Positions 13,400-25,961 of a stretch of DNA of 64,000 nt are shown piece after piece (within the stretch, counting starts at the first letter, position 1; the number at the start of each line of letters is the position of its first letter). The notes under the pieces are model-generated. The model was not told the origin of the DNA and searched no databases. It was given only the letters and a program-made list of their open reading frames with translations. The translations under genes were made by a program, and so were the position numbers. Where the stretch lies: positions 61,690,001 through 61,754,000 of the forward strand of contig OX597823.1 of the NCBI GenBank assembly GCA_951406725.2, written 5' to 3'. The stretch is from Octopus vulgaris (Eukaryota).

Positions 13400-13720
13400 C
13401 CTTCTTATTTAGGATACAGCCTAGCAGAATTGATATATTAAAGTTTTCAGATGCTCATAAGCTGCAATTACTGTCAAACTATTGTATATCTTTCTCTTTG
13501 CAGCTATGCTCCATTTGATTACATGGTAATCTATTTTTTGGTTATTCAACTGCCAGATGTCCTTTGATAATGTAGAGGGATTTGGGTTTTCTTTTTTTCT
13601 GTATCTGAATGAATGGGTGTGCTGTCTGTATAGACACACAATTTCTCAAATTCAATTTGTTTGTAGCAAAGGGACAACTATGGACATGTTTTGGCCTATT
13701 AGATCTCATCAGCATAGTAC
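13400..13720 (-). mobile_element. Degraded PLE GIY-YIG fragment (Neptune-like) with decayed hammerhead
   Basis: YRQHTHSFRYRKKEN..STLSKDIWQL..QKIDY...KWSI resembles the PLE endonuclease C-terminal half. tatg-CTGATGA...cAAAA-catg-TC-cata at 13679-13716. Confidence 0.65.
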
Positions 13721-15044
13721 AAACTAAATGAGCGTGCTAACCAATAGATAAATTTTGTGTAGAAAAATAGTCATACTTATTTTTGGCTGAAATAGTGTCT
13801 GTAAACTAAGACAAAAGTTTTCTTTCTCTAAACTTGTAAATTACCTTAAAAAAATTATTTCTTAATTTCTTTAAATTTTCTCCCCCTTAACGTTTTGCTG
13901 TTATATCTTCTACTCCAACACAAGAAATTTCATTAGGCAGCTTTAAAAAATGTTTGTGTGCATAGCAGCCTAATTTTCTGCATTTATGCCTTTGGCCCAT
14001 ATGAACTATTTCCCATTGATCTTTCTGTGTTTAGCTACACAAATTATTCTGACTAAAAATTTATGTAACTTTTTGTATAAGTAAATATCTACCTATTTTT
14101 GCTGGCTTGAGTAAATATACTTAAATGGACCAAAACATGTCCTTTGTTATTACTTGTCTGCAAATAGATATCAGTCTATTCTTTCTCAACATCTAAATAA
14201 ATATGAGAGGATAAATCATTAATTTCTTGAAATCATCTTCCCTTTTCACTGAGAATGACAAACAGTTGTAATTACATATTTGTTTTCTCTAATTTAGAAG
14301 GAAATTTCAATTAAGAATCTTTACACATGACATTAATTATGCCACCCTATTCGTGTATAATTCATTTCCCTTCAATTGCAATCTGCGAGTTATTTCCCTT
14401 ACCCACTCATGTAAAAGTGTTTTCTTAAATCATGCAAGATTTTTCATGTTATTAATGTACACTTGTATGAAGGCAATGGGATGCATGTGCTCTTGTTCCA
14501 TCTTGTATGTATAACTATTCTTCTTTTCTGCTCCTAGGACTACCATATTATGAAGTTTTTTTATAAATACTTTGTCAGATGGGTAGTCATGGATGAAAAG
14601 AAAGAGATGAGACTCTGGCAAAAGTAAAAGGATTAAGAGAAGGAAGAGAAAAAGAAATAAAGAATTATACCTAACTCATCACAACTGCTTATTTTGCAGG
14701 TTGATGTGTGCATGTGTATGTGTGTGTGTGTGTGTGTGCATGTGTGCATGTGTGTGTATATTGACACACATTAATACAGGCAGACAGACAGATAGGCAAA
14801 TAGACAAATATAGCTATACGTATGTATATATTTATCTTGACTGTTATTTTTCTGTGCAGATGCAACATTCCAAGTGACTTCCCTTGGCCATTATGATACA
14901 CATGTATGCCTACATGTTTACATTATTTTTACATCAATATTGTGATTCTCTCATGAATAACTTGGCATGTATGGAGCAGGTTATGCTTCATTGATGGGGT
15001 TTGATAAGACTGGAACTTCTCTGGACGTGTCACCTGTATTTACC

Positions 15045-15261
15045 TATTTCTTTACTACCCACAAGGGGCTAAACACAGAGAGGACAAACAAGGACAGATA
15101 AACAGATTAAGTCGATTACATCGACCCCAATGCATAACCGGTACTTATTTAATCGACTCCGAAAGGATGAAAGGCTAATTCGACCTCGGCGAAATTTGAA
15201 CTCAGAACTTAGCGGCAGACGAAATACCGCTAAGCATTTCGCTCAGCGTGCTAATGATTCT
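15045..15261 (-). mobile_element. SINE family B
   Basis: Copy lying 140 bp from the EFHC1 exon donor at 15401. Confidence 0.85.
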
Positions 15262-15400
15262 GTATTTACCATGATAGTAGTCACAAAGGTAATAATAACA
15301 TATTTTGTCACAAAGGTAATAATAACATATTTTGTAAGGTTGCACAAAAGTTTTCAGGGCATATCAAGCAAGGCACTTAACCAAGAACTATTTTACCAAC

Positions 15401-15551
15401 CTTGTGCTATTCCACTGTTATCAACAGGTGGTTCGTTCACACATATAGTATCGTCAACGATGTAGTAGTAGATCTTGCAAGGTCGTACGCGATAGAATTC
15501 CTGTGGGGATTCATTCACAGTTTCTTTAAAAAAGCAATAAAATCTAAGAAC
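15401..15551 (-). CDS. EFHC1: EFHC1 exon, first half of DM10 domain 1
   Basis: VLRFYCFFKETVNESPQEFYRVRPCKIYYYIVDDTICVNEPPVDNSGIAQG contains the DM10 motif YY.DDT....EP...NSG..QG. Acceptor poly-T+cag, donor gttggt, 151 bp, phase 0/1, in frame with both neighbours. Confidence 0.95.
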
Positions 15552-15814
15552 CTGAAAAAAAAAATGTTTATAATATATCCTCAACAGAAAGTATAGAATA
15601 CATAGAAAGAGAACATCAAAAAGTTCATTTGAAACAGAGAATAATATGTGTGTGTGTGTGTGTGTGTCTGTGTGTATACACAGGAGCAATTTCAACCATG
15701 TTTCATTGTCTGCTACCACAACAGCTCCTTTATAGGATCCAGTTAGCTCAAGACATTATCAGGAGGAACCATGTCCGGTTTCAGCCCCTACTCCTCTACC
15801 GTTTTGGAGCTGAT

Positions 15815-15950
15815 GTCATGTAATGTTATGGGTTGGCCCTGCCACTCTGACGAATATTCAACATGTCATGTAATGTTATGGGTTGGCCCTGCACCTCTGG
15901 CAAATCTGCAACATGTCATGTAATGTTATGGGTTGGCTCTGCACCTCTGG
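15815..15950. repeat. About 49-bp tandem repeat, 3 copies
   Basis: atgtcatgtaatgttatgggttggccctgc... occurs three times. Confidence 0.85.
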
Positions 15951-15960
15951 CTTAAGTACC

Positions 15961-16010
<50 letters not shown>

Positions 16011-16159
16011 CACTATCATTATGATCATCATCATTTAGCGTCTGGTTTCCCTACTGGCATGGGTTACAGTATTTGACAGAAAGTGGTAAGTCAGAGAGCT
16101 GTACCTGGTTTCAGCCTGATTTATACACACATATCAGCACACACACACACACGCACACG

Positions 16160-16200
<41 letters not shown>

Positions 16201-16282
16201 GTATTCAGCATTGATATAAAAGATTGTGGTCAGTGGTACCTTTGGGAATAATTACTGAAGACTGCCGTCTGGTAGTATGTTC

Positions 16283-16492
16283 TCTTCTACTCGAGGCACA
16301 AGGCCCAAAAGATTTTGGGAAGAGACCAGATGATTAGATCAGCTCCAGTACGCAACTGGTACCTAATTTATCGACCCCGAGGATGAAAGGCAAAGTCGAC
16401 CTCGGTGGAATTTGAACTCAGAACGTAATAGCAGACGAAATACAATTAAGCTTTTCGCTTGGCATGCTAACATCTCTGCCAGCTCATCGCCT
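16283..16492 (-). mobile_element. SINE family B (alternative tail variant)
   Basis: Same head and body, tail ggccttgtgcctcgagtagaaga. Confidence 0.8.
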
Positions 16493-16581
16493 TCTGTCTG
16501 GTACAATATTGAAACAAGATAAATCACACATCAGCTCACACACAAACTCACACAGACACATACACACCTACACACACGTGC

Positions 16582-16612
<31 letters not shown>

Positions 16613-16689
16613 CGCACGTACTCATATCCTTTTAATGATAGTTCTGCAGCCATTCTGGAACACCGCCTTAATGTATTTTCAATTAGGTT

Positions 16690-17310
16690 TTGTTGTTGCT
16701 TCTTGACTGGAAGGTGGTCTATGATTGAGTTTTCCAGCAGCTGTTCTCCTCTGAATGCATCATCCTTGAATGGTTGACTTCTAAGGTATCGTTAAGAGTT
16801 CATCTAATGAGTTTTTAAAGGGTTTTTTTTTTATGTTTCAGTAGAAGTCTCTTTTATATTTCTTTTAATTTAGATAGGTAGTTGAACAGTTGAGGGAACT
16901 CTAAATGTCAGATTGTTACAATAGAGTATTTTAGTCCATGATTTCGAATGTAGTATATTTGCAAGCTTAGAGTATATAAATGTTCGTGCATTAAAACTCT
17001 CTCCAGTGCCGAAGTTTGGAACATGTCCCTCCGCAGTTCTATATTTAAGAGATGAGGAATTATATACATTATTTATATTCGATGGATATTTGTCCTCAGA
17101 TTGTTTGTTGTTAGCACAACATTTCGGCTGATATACCCTCCAGCCTTCTTCAGGTGTCTTGGGAAAATTTCGAACCTGTGTTCTCATTCCTAAGGTATTT
17201 TTCGATGCTATTATTGTTGTTGTTGTTAGTGTTCAGGTCACTCCTTGGAATCGAACTTGGAATCTTGGGGTTAGTAGCCTGCGCTCTTAACCGCTACACC
17301 ATATGTCCCC
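16690..17310 (-). mobile_element. Second copy of the same PLE family: terminal repeat plus putative degraded ORF 5' region
   Basis: 17034-17305 is highly similar to 63304-63580, sharing the tRNA-like module and hammerhead. It continues into additional sequence not present in the other copy. Confidence 0.75.
17114..17157 (-). ncRNA. Minimal hammerhead ribozyme motif (degenerate stem III)
   Basis: acac-CTGAAGA-a-ggctg(loop)cagcc-GAAA-tg-TT-gtgc. Homologous to 63393-63436, with a compensated stem II difference (ggctg/cagcc vs agctg/cagct). Confidence 0.6.
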
Positions 17311-17329
17311 CAACAATTTTCCATATGAA

Positions 17330-18430
17330 TTTGATAGTATATATTTCTCTTTGGTATCAAGAGACTCAGCGCTTTCAGACATTCTTGGTAAATAAGACTT
17401 TTAATCGATGGTATTTTACCAGAGAACATTCCTTGTAACCCTTCAATTTCCTCTATGAGACAGGATGAGTTAGAAGATTAAAATTGTAAGCAGCAATATA
17501 AACTGCTCAGAACTAGGGTTTTCTCTAAAAAAAAAACTAACTACCGGTTCCCTTGTCATGAATGTTCATAGGATGCAGCCAATGAGTTTGCTGCATTTAA
17601 AGGTTAGTTTGATAATATGGCTGATGGAAAATGCATCATTTGACATGATTAAACCTAAGTCCTGTATGTCATTAGTGCTCTGAATCATTATGTTACCTTG
17701 TGTCAAATATTGCGATTTGGGTGAATTCATTTGTAATGAAGGAGCTGAAATTTTGATGTACTAATTTTCGTATTTTTCTGGTTTAGCTCCTAGCCATCGA
17801 TATTCTTGTGTAATTCATTCCCTAATGTATATGACGTTTTACAGGTAACTTAGAGAGAAATCCATTGCAGTTATAGGTTGACTCCTACCGTATAGGGAGT
17901 TAAAGAACCATTCTCCAACTTTTCCTGTGATACCAAAATTCCTTAAATTATGACAGATGATTCCATGATCAGTCTTGTCAAACGCCTTAACAATATCAAG
18001 GTTTTAACAGTCAATGATATTTCCCCTTAAGGGATTATTAGAGGTAGTGTTATGATGCTGTAAGAATTGTGACAGGCAACTTCGTTCAGTCCGAAACCTA
18101 TACCGAGTGTCATCTAAGTTGTTTTCCTCCAGGTATGTTATTACTTTTTATCTTCGGACAAGGCATTGGATAATTTTAGACGTGTAAGACGTGAGGGAAA
18201 CAGGTCTGTAATTTTTAGTTTCAGCACTGCTATCTCCTTTGTACCTATATAGGTTTTATTATAGCTTCTTTCAATAGTCTTGGGAATATGGCGGTATCTG
18301 GTGACTTTTGAAATAGTACCTTTAATGATTTCATGAGGTGGTTTTTGCACGTTTTTTAGCAATATAACTGGAATACTATTTGGTACAGATGCTGAGTTTG
18401 GGTTTAAATCATTCATAGCCACAAGTATAT
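17330..18430 (-). mobile_element. Degraded CR1/Jockey-group LINE reverse transcriptase fragment
   Basis: GFRTERSCLSQ...LD..KAFDK.DHGIICH.L..FGITGKVGEW motifs, with stops and frameshifts. Confidence 0.8.
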
Positions 18431-18450
18431 CAACTTCCATGATATTAATT

Positions 18451-19990
18451 TTAAGTTATGTCTCTGCACTTGAGTTGTGGGATCAAAGAATTCGTTTGGA
18501 TTATGCATAGGGCTGTGAAACGGATTATGCACGGGGCTGCGATATGGACAGAGAATGCGGCCTTCCGCCTGTTGAAATGAAAGTGTCGAAGATAGAGTTT
18601 GTGATCAGGCCCACGAAGACCTCTATCCAGCGCAGGGGTGAAAATCTCCACAAATGGTAGGTTTACATGTCCGTTGAAGATGTTAAAAGTCGAATGAGAT
18701 CTCCCTGCATCCTCCATCATTTGAGTGAAGGCAATACCAGCCATTGGAGATGTTCCTCTTACACAAGCTTAGACAAGCCCATGCCCATTTGGGTGGATAA
18801 GTGCTGAACCCCTTCCAATGTCTTTCTGGAGATATGGGTTTGAGGTAGGGATGTGATATTCAAGGATGGGTCGAACTAGAGTGATATATACAGGCCAAAA
18901 GAGCGATATATACAGGCCAAAAGACGTCCATTGAAAGGTTGGCAAAGGATCGGTGGATGAGGAAAAGATTCCTTCTGGCTTTGTTCATAGCCTCAATACC
19001 CTGTCGTGGTGGTTTGAAAGTAGTATCGATCATTATGACGAGATCCTTTTCCTCAGCGACTATCTTAAGATGTTGATGTTTGTGGCCAATACTCAAGGGA
19101 GATTTTGGAGGCAAATGGCTGCATTTTGAGGCGTTCAAGTTCAGATTCCATTCTTCCGCCCAATTCCAAGCTTGGTTCAGCGACGGTTGGAGTATGTTGT
19201 ATTGATTCCTAGGTGAGACAAGTTTGACGTCGTTTGCAAATAGAACTCTTCTATCGAGAAAATCTGGCAGGTCGTTGATATAGAGAAGGAAAAGTATTGG
19301 CCCCAGCACCGCCCCCTGGGGAATGCCACTGCATGCATTCGACTCCGCGGAGAGATCTCCATTTATCTGCACCCAAAAGGTTCGATAGCTCAGGAAGGAA
19401 GAAATCCACAAAGTCACCAATGGATAAATGTTGAATGCTCGATGTTTGCACAAGAGAAGTCAGTGATTAACAGAGTCAAATGCCTTTGCGAAGTCCAAAA
19501 ATACCACGCCCACCAAATCTTTTTCATCCATGGTCCTTGTAATCCATTCTTCAAGAAGGAGAAGATTTGTTAGGCAAGATCTTCAGGGTAGAAATCCATG
19601 CTGCAAGTCGGATATTTCTTTGTACGATATACAGATAATTGTATAATGCTTTGGTCGGAAATAGCCGTGGGAATGACGTGAACATTGTGAATAAAAACAA
19701 AGTCGAGTATGTTATTTTCCCCTAATTGGACGGGTAATGACTTGTTGTATGGGAAAGTCTTTTGTTGTATCGAGAAAAGGGTTCATATCCCTCCACATCA
19801 GTTGCTTAGTTCCAGGCTGGATATAATCCTCGGACCAGCTAAGATTAGTTAAATTAAAGAACCCTGTTAAAAGCATATTAGCCTGTGTGCTGGCCTCAGC
19901 TAGGGTTAGACTTATGAGCAAAAAAAAAGCACCTCTGAAGTGATCTTTGTGGTTAACCACGTTAGGATGACGGAAGGAAATGCTTTTAAT
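18451..19990 (-). mobile_element. Degraded CR1-like LINE (RT plus endonuclease remnant)
   Basis: QHGF...SCLTNLL...VFLDFAKAFDSVNH, SGIPQGAVLGPILFLLYINDLP...FANDVKL, W...W.LNLNASKC. Confidence 0.88.
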
Positions 19991-21021
19991 ATCATTTACT
20001 TTTTATATAAATTAGTCTGAAATTGTCGAATACATTTCTTTGCAAATTAGGTAATTTCGGGGGTTGGTCTGCAATCATTTATAGTTAAATGTTTCCTTTC
20101 AAAATCTTTTTTTTTTTATTAAACTGGACTAGTATTTCAAATAAGCAATAAGTATCAAAGCATTTAACAATGAGCATTAAATATCAAAGATAAAAATAAA
20201 TCATTTTGTTCCCTTGTCAAACTTTGGACCTAACAACCTAAATGAGAAAACCGATACGACTGAAAGAATTTTTAAAGGACTTTTATTTTTAGGCTGAGGC
20301 CAAACAGTCGAATCTATTCAACCATGTTTTCACTTTGAAACAAAATCTAACTTCAAACATCTTATACAGATAATTTTTTAGACACTTTTTTCTGAAACTG
20401 ATAAAATTATGTAGGGGGTGCAAATTTTGATCTTGCACTACCTGAAAATTCCAAGGGGTGCAGGTGCACCCGCTGCACCCTCTGTTCCCAGACCCTTGTA
20501 TATGTATATATAATGATATATATTATTCCTGGACCGGGCGACACGTGTTCTTGAGCAAAACACTTCATTTCACATTGTTCCAGTCCACTCAGCTAGCAAA
20601 ATGAGTAATGCTGTGTTGGACTAGCGTCCCGTCCAGCTGGGAAACCCATACACTATTGAAACCGGGAAACCAGGCCCATGAACCTGGCTAGGCTTTAAAA
20701 GGGCACATTTATTATTTATTATATATCCACAAATAATAACTGCATTTATTATCTTCGTTTCAATAAATAATTGTTTAAAATTTGTTAGTTTTATTTTTAC
20801 TAATAATATTGGTTTTATATTTTGGCACAAGACCAGCAAGTTTGAGGGTGGGGTTAAGTCAATTACATCAACCCCAGTGCTCAACTGGTACTTATTTCAC
20901 TGATTCCAAAAGGAGAAAAGGCAGAATTTGAACTTAGGATGTAAAGATAGGTGAAATACTGTTAAGCTTTTTGCCCAGTATGTTAACAATTCTGCCAGTT
21001 TGTTGCCCTATATTTATTAAT

Positions 21022-21322
21022 GGTGGAAGCACATGGCCTAGTGGTTAGAGCAGCAGACTCACGGTCGAAGGATCACAGGTTTGAATCTCAGAACGGGCAA
21101 TGTGAGGGTTTATGAGCGAAACACCTAAACTCCACGTGGCTCCTGCAGAAGGTAATGGCGAACTTCTGCTGACTCTTTCACCGCAACTTCCTCTTACTCT
21201 TTCCTCCTGCATCTAGCAGCTTACTTGCGACAGACGGGCGTCCCATCCAGGTGGGGAACCTATATGCCAAGGGAACCGGGAAGCCAGCCCTATGAGCCAG
21301 GCATGGCTTGAGAAAGAACAAA
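21022..21322 (+). mobile_element. tRNA-derived SINE related to family C
   Basis: tggcctagtggttagagc...ggtttgaatctc head and gcgacagacgggcgtcccatccagg body. Flanked by atatttattaatg on both sides. Confidence 0.75.
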
Positions 21323-21573
21323 CAAATATTTATTAATGATATTAAAAATGTTATCTCACTCAATTAAGATGGCTTCAATTTACACAGCAACTCATGGAAC
21401 CAATCTACCACATAATCCAAGGGGCAACTGTATATTTACTAAGCTAGGAAGATATCATTGAACTGGAAAGTTATTTATTAAATGCCCCCCCTCCCCCCCC
21501 AAAAGATGGTCTCTTAGTATTTTTCATAATTTGCTGACAATGTCTTGAAATATTTAAAATCTTGTTAACTTAC

Positions 21574-21795
21574 TTTGTTATTTAAGCTGACATGTGCAGG
21601 AATAAAAGGATCAGGAGCTGCTGGTTTTGGTTCACCATAGGTCTGTAGGGTGTGGAAATTGGCCAAATCCTGAAGTTCTTGTTCATTCAACTGGTTCTTA
21701 TCGAGAATTTCTCCACCAATTCCTCTTTGAACTAATTTCTTTATGCGATAGCCATTTTGATAATCCAAGGTCTGACTGCGATGGAAGCTAGTTTT
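21574..21795 (-). CDS. EFHC1: EFHC1/Rib72 internal coding exon (likely coding exon 2)
   Basis: Translates KTSFHRSQTLDYQNGYRIKKLVQRGIGGEILDKNQLNEQELQDLANFHTLQTYGEPKPAAPDPFIPAHVSLNNK, closely matching the EFHC1 N-terminus as I recall it (KTAFHRSQTLSYRNGY...GIGG...FIPAHVAFDKK). Acceptor tttttcag, donor gtaagt, 222 bp, phase 0/0. Confidence 0.95.
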
Positions 21796-21837
21796 CTGAA
21801 AAATGTTAAAATTAGTATTAGAAATATTGCCATTTCT

Positions 21838-22090
21838 AGATCTCTCAGAGAGACTTATACAGTAGCAACACAATAGAGTGATGGTTTGTTGCCAACTTAA
21901 TATGGCAGTCCCAGGAAAGGGAAGAATGCTGCTGCTATTTAACCCCAGGAAACACTGTTTCCAGTTGGTTATGTGACACAAGCGTTCTGTGTCCTTTAAG
22001 TTTTCAAATGGGAGATAAGCACCTCCACCCAGCAAAGCCAGTATATAGAGACTAGTTTCAGAGTCATTGCTCTTCATCAGTCTGGAACAG
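21838..22090 (-). mobile_element. PLE terminal-repeat fragment
   Basis: Carries a hammerhead and is similar to the fold-back element at 57762-58385 (shared ...ttgcca...tggca.ccc...cccaggaa.ac... blocks). Confidence 0.6.
22047..22083 (-). ncRNA. Minimal type I hammerhead ribozyme motif
   Basis: aga-CTGATGA-agag(caatga)ctct-GAAA-ctag-TC-tct. Intact core, GUC triplet, palindromic stem III. Confidence 0.75.
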
Positions 22091-22138
22091 CTAAATTTTA
22101 AGGGTACAATTTTTTATGATAATAATAATAATAACAAC

Positions 22139-22173
<35 letters not shown>

Positions 22174-23741
22174 TCATAGATGCCCTGATGCAATACCAGG
22201 CAGTGACTCTCATGGCTTTTCATCTTAACTGAATTGGAAGTATTATCATGTACATGTTTTGTCTTGGTATGAAAGACGGGCTACAACAAATATTCTGCTC
22301 AATGCTACAGATTTGCTTGCCAGTTGTTTGACTTTAACCAGTTAAGCATGTCCCTTGGTGGCTGACGATATGTGCATCTCTGATCATGAGCAGAAGTAGT
22401 GGGGGAACATCATAACCATGTGCTGAGAGGAATTCTTTGGGGTTTGAATATTTCACCTCTGTAAATATGGCTGTTGCATTCATCATCCTTAAACAAACCT
22501 TATTCAGGGATTTTTTGAGTGGGATGAGCTACTCAACCTGAAGAAAATTCTAACTGGACCCCTACCTGCAAGGTCATGCACTATTTATCTTGATATGAGA
22601 TCATCATGTTATGCACATATGGTTGTGTTGGCATGTGCCTCGTATACCCTTATCAATGATGATGATGATGGTGATGACGATGACAACGATGATGATGATG
22701 ATGCTGTGTTCCTAATGTAGACATAAGGTCAGAAATTTGGTAAAGGGGAACAGTTGATAATATATTGAAATTTGTATCTTATACTTTATTGCATCGACCC
22801 CAGAAGGATGAAGAATGAAGTTGATCTTGGCATGGTTTGAACTCAGAGTGGAACTCAGACTGGAACAAATTCCACCAGGCATTTTAGCTGATTCTATAAC
22901 AACTGCTAATTTACTGCCTTAATAACAACAACAATGGAAACAATAATAATAAAGTCATAAAATTGATAAGGGGTAGATGCAGATTATATTGATCCTTTAT
23001 TGGCTGTTATCATCTTCAGTTATCAAATGACACTTCTTCACCCCGTCCACACAATCACCTTATATTCCAGGAACACGGTAACTGAAACTACTTTCCAACA
23101 ATCCCCTTTGCCCACTATTCCCCCCACCCCCACCCCACCAAGCCAGCTCACTCATTAACCCCTTTCCACACCTCACCCGCACCCACACTCTCTATCTCAT
23201 TATATCTCTCATATCCATTCGACAAATCATGTTTATCTCACTTAGCTAAGATAGGTTATCTGCCCTTTGACCTCCATGTTTCACTACATGATTGTCAGAG
23301 TAAACCAAAATGATTTATGATTCCTTTATCTTCTCTTATAATAATTCCATTCACATCTAGGATGCTTTACAGAAATATAAATCATCCTCAATGCTTATCT
23401 GTAAAGGTCTGTAACTAAACGCTGCAAGGAATTTAGTCCAACATGGCACACTAAAGTTTCCCTTCTCCATCTTTTGTCTCAACAAAGCATCTTAGCACAA
23501 AACCACTAATTTCTGTAGTAATAGTCTGCAGTTAATTAAATAACTATTGGTGGGCTGGGACTTAGTACATATTTGATATTAGTGGTACCCTATAACAGGT
23601 TGTTAATCAGCTTTTGAAAGAATGAAGGATCACATTCTTGTTGTTGTTGATGCTGCTGCTGCTGCTGCTGCTTTTGTTGTTTTTGTTGTTGTATATCTCA
23701 GCCTGATCATGAGGAGCTCTCATCAAAGTGATACCACCAAT

Positions 23742-23744
<3 letters not shown>

Positions 23745-23783
<39 letters not shown>

Positions 23784-23796
23784 TATGTGTGTGTTA

Positions 23797-23829
<33 letters not shown>

Positions 23830-23849
23830 TATGTGTGTGTATGTGTTAT

Positions 23850-23891
<42 letters not shown>

Positions 23892-24120
23892 ATGTCTGTG
23901 TATGCACATCCGTGTGTGCATGTCCTTGTGTGCACATCCATGTGTACATGTGTGTGTTTGTGTGTGTGTGTGTGCATGTGTTTGAGTGAGTGTATGTTTG
24001 TGTGTATATGTGTGCATGTGTTTGTGTGTGTATGTGTGTGTGTTTGTGTGTGTAGGTGTGTGTTTGTGTTAGTGTGTGCGCATCCATGTGTGTGTGCACA
24101 TGTGCATGTGTGTGTGTGTA
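23745..24120. repeat. (TG)n-rich compound microsatellite
   Basis: Seen directly. Explains the overlapping CV/TH pseudo-ORFs. Confidence 0.95.
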
Positions 24121-24619
24121 TCTTGGTGTATCTTGCTAGCTGAGAGGTTAAGTAGCTCACTTCATGAATATGTATTTGTGATTCAATCCTACAGCATGTT
24201 ACCATGATTGTGGTACTGGCAGCACTGGTGGTGGTAATGATGATGATCATCATCATTTCTTTTAGTCGCCAAAAGAGAAATCAATGAGTGTACATTATAT
24301 GACTAGATTATGTTGGCGTTAACATAGAAATAGAATATGAACTGAGAAAATAAAATAAACATGGTATAGACAATAAATAAACTAGTCGAAAGACGCCTGT
24401 TGTTATTTTCTTGTTGTTTGTATTTGTAATTGCGTAATATGTTCTCCATTTTTTGTCTTTGTTGTCATACACATTCGCTTGCATTCTCCTAAAAGCTTTA
24501 ATGCTCTTAGCTTAGATTTTGCGGGGCAGCCAGATTTGAACAGTTTTAAATGTAACCACCCAAAACTAAACATAATTTGGTAACTTGACTGATGAGAGGA
24601 ACTTGCGAATGACCTCTCT

Positions 24620-24971
24620 CTTTACTTGTTTCAGTCATTTCACTGTGGCCATGCTGGAGCACCGACTTTAGCCGGGTACTTATTCTATTGGTTTCTTTTG
24701 CCGAACCACTAAGTTACGGTGACGTAAACACACCACCATCGGTTGTCAAGCGATGTTGGGAGGACAAACACAGACACACAAACACATACATATATATATA
24801 TATATATACATATGTATGACAGGATTCTTTCAGTTTCTGTCTACCAAATCCACTCACAAGGCTTTGGTCAGGCCAAATCTATAGTAAAAGACACTTGCCC
24901 AAGGTACCACACAGTGGGACTGAACCCAGAACAATGTGGTTCGTAAGCAAGTTACTTACCACACAGCCACC
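24620..24971 (-). mobile_element. SINE family A
   Basis: Reverse-complement copy. Confidence 0.85.
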
Positions 24972-25881
24972 TGTCCTGGTTTTTCCTGTCTGCCTTTGCA
25001 TCGTTTATCTGTCCAGATGTTTAATTGTCATCTGTTGCATTTTTTGTTCCATTTTTTAGATTTATAATATCTTAGACTATATTTACTACCAAGATTATTT
25101 ACTCTCTCCCAGCTATAACTTCCATTATTATAACAATACTAATTTTTTCTACTATAGGTACAAGGCCTGAAAATTTAGGGGAGGAGAACAGCCACTTACT
25201 TAAACCCCAGTGTTTAACTGATTCTTACTTTATTGACCCCCAAAAGGGTGAAAAACAAAAGTTGACCTTGGTGGAATTTGAACTGAGAATGCTGCTAAGT
25301 ATTTTGTCTGGCAAGCTAACACTTCTACCAGCTCTCTGCCGCAATAAATAGTTTCTAGCTTAGATACAAGCTTTCAAATTCATGAGATGAAATAGTCAGT
25401 TATTTTGACCTTGGTACTTTATTTCACCAACCACATAATGATAAAAGGCAAAATTAACTTTAGCTAGATTTGAAACCCAGAATGTAAAGATCAGAATCAA
25501 ATATCACAAAGCATTTTCTCCAACATTCTAACAATTCTTTCCCAAACTTAGTTTGTTGTTTGGAACTTCTCAGTTTCATTAAAGTCAGCAATAACCATAT
25601 CTATTAAGATATACAGACAGTAATAACAACATCTATAGGAAGAGACAGAGAGAAAGAGACCAAGGGAAAGAGTGGTAATCATATCAAATGGAATATACAG
25701 AGTAAGCAATAACACCATCTATTGGAGTGAAGTGAATATACAGAACGCATCTTCACTTTTCTCTGTATCATGGCAATCGCTATTCTATAGTTTAGGGATA
25801 AACATATCAGTATAAAAAAAAATACTAAATGTTCTGGCTTGTCTAGCATTATTTTTTTGTTTATCTTGTCTAATTCATTCA

Positions 25882-25961
<80 letters not shown>

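Noticed and set aside
17237-17308. Functional tRNA gene (also 63511-63583)
   Set aside because: The acceptor and anticodon stems pair poorly and it is embedded in a repeat. Treated as a tRNA-derived module.
21796-22077. Upstream part of the 170-aa ORF, including ILPFPGT, as the EFHC1 N-terminus
   Set aside because: It overlaps a PLE repeat fragment with a hammerhead, and a good acceptor sits at 21796. The similarity to LPFLPG appears coincidental.
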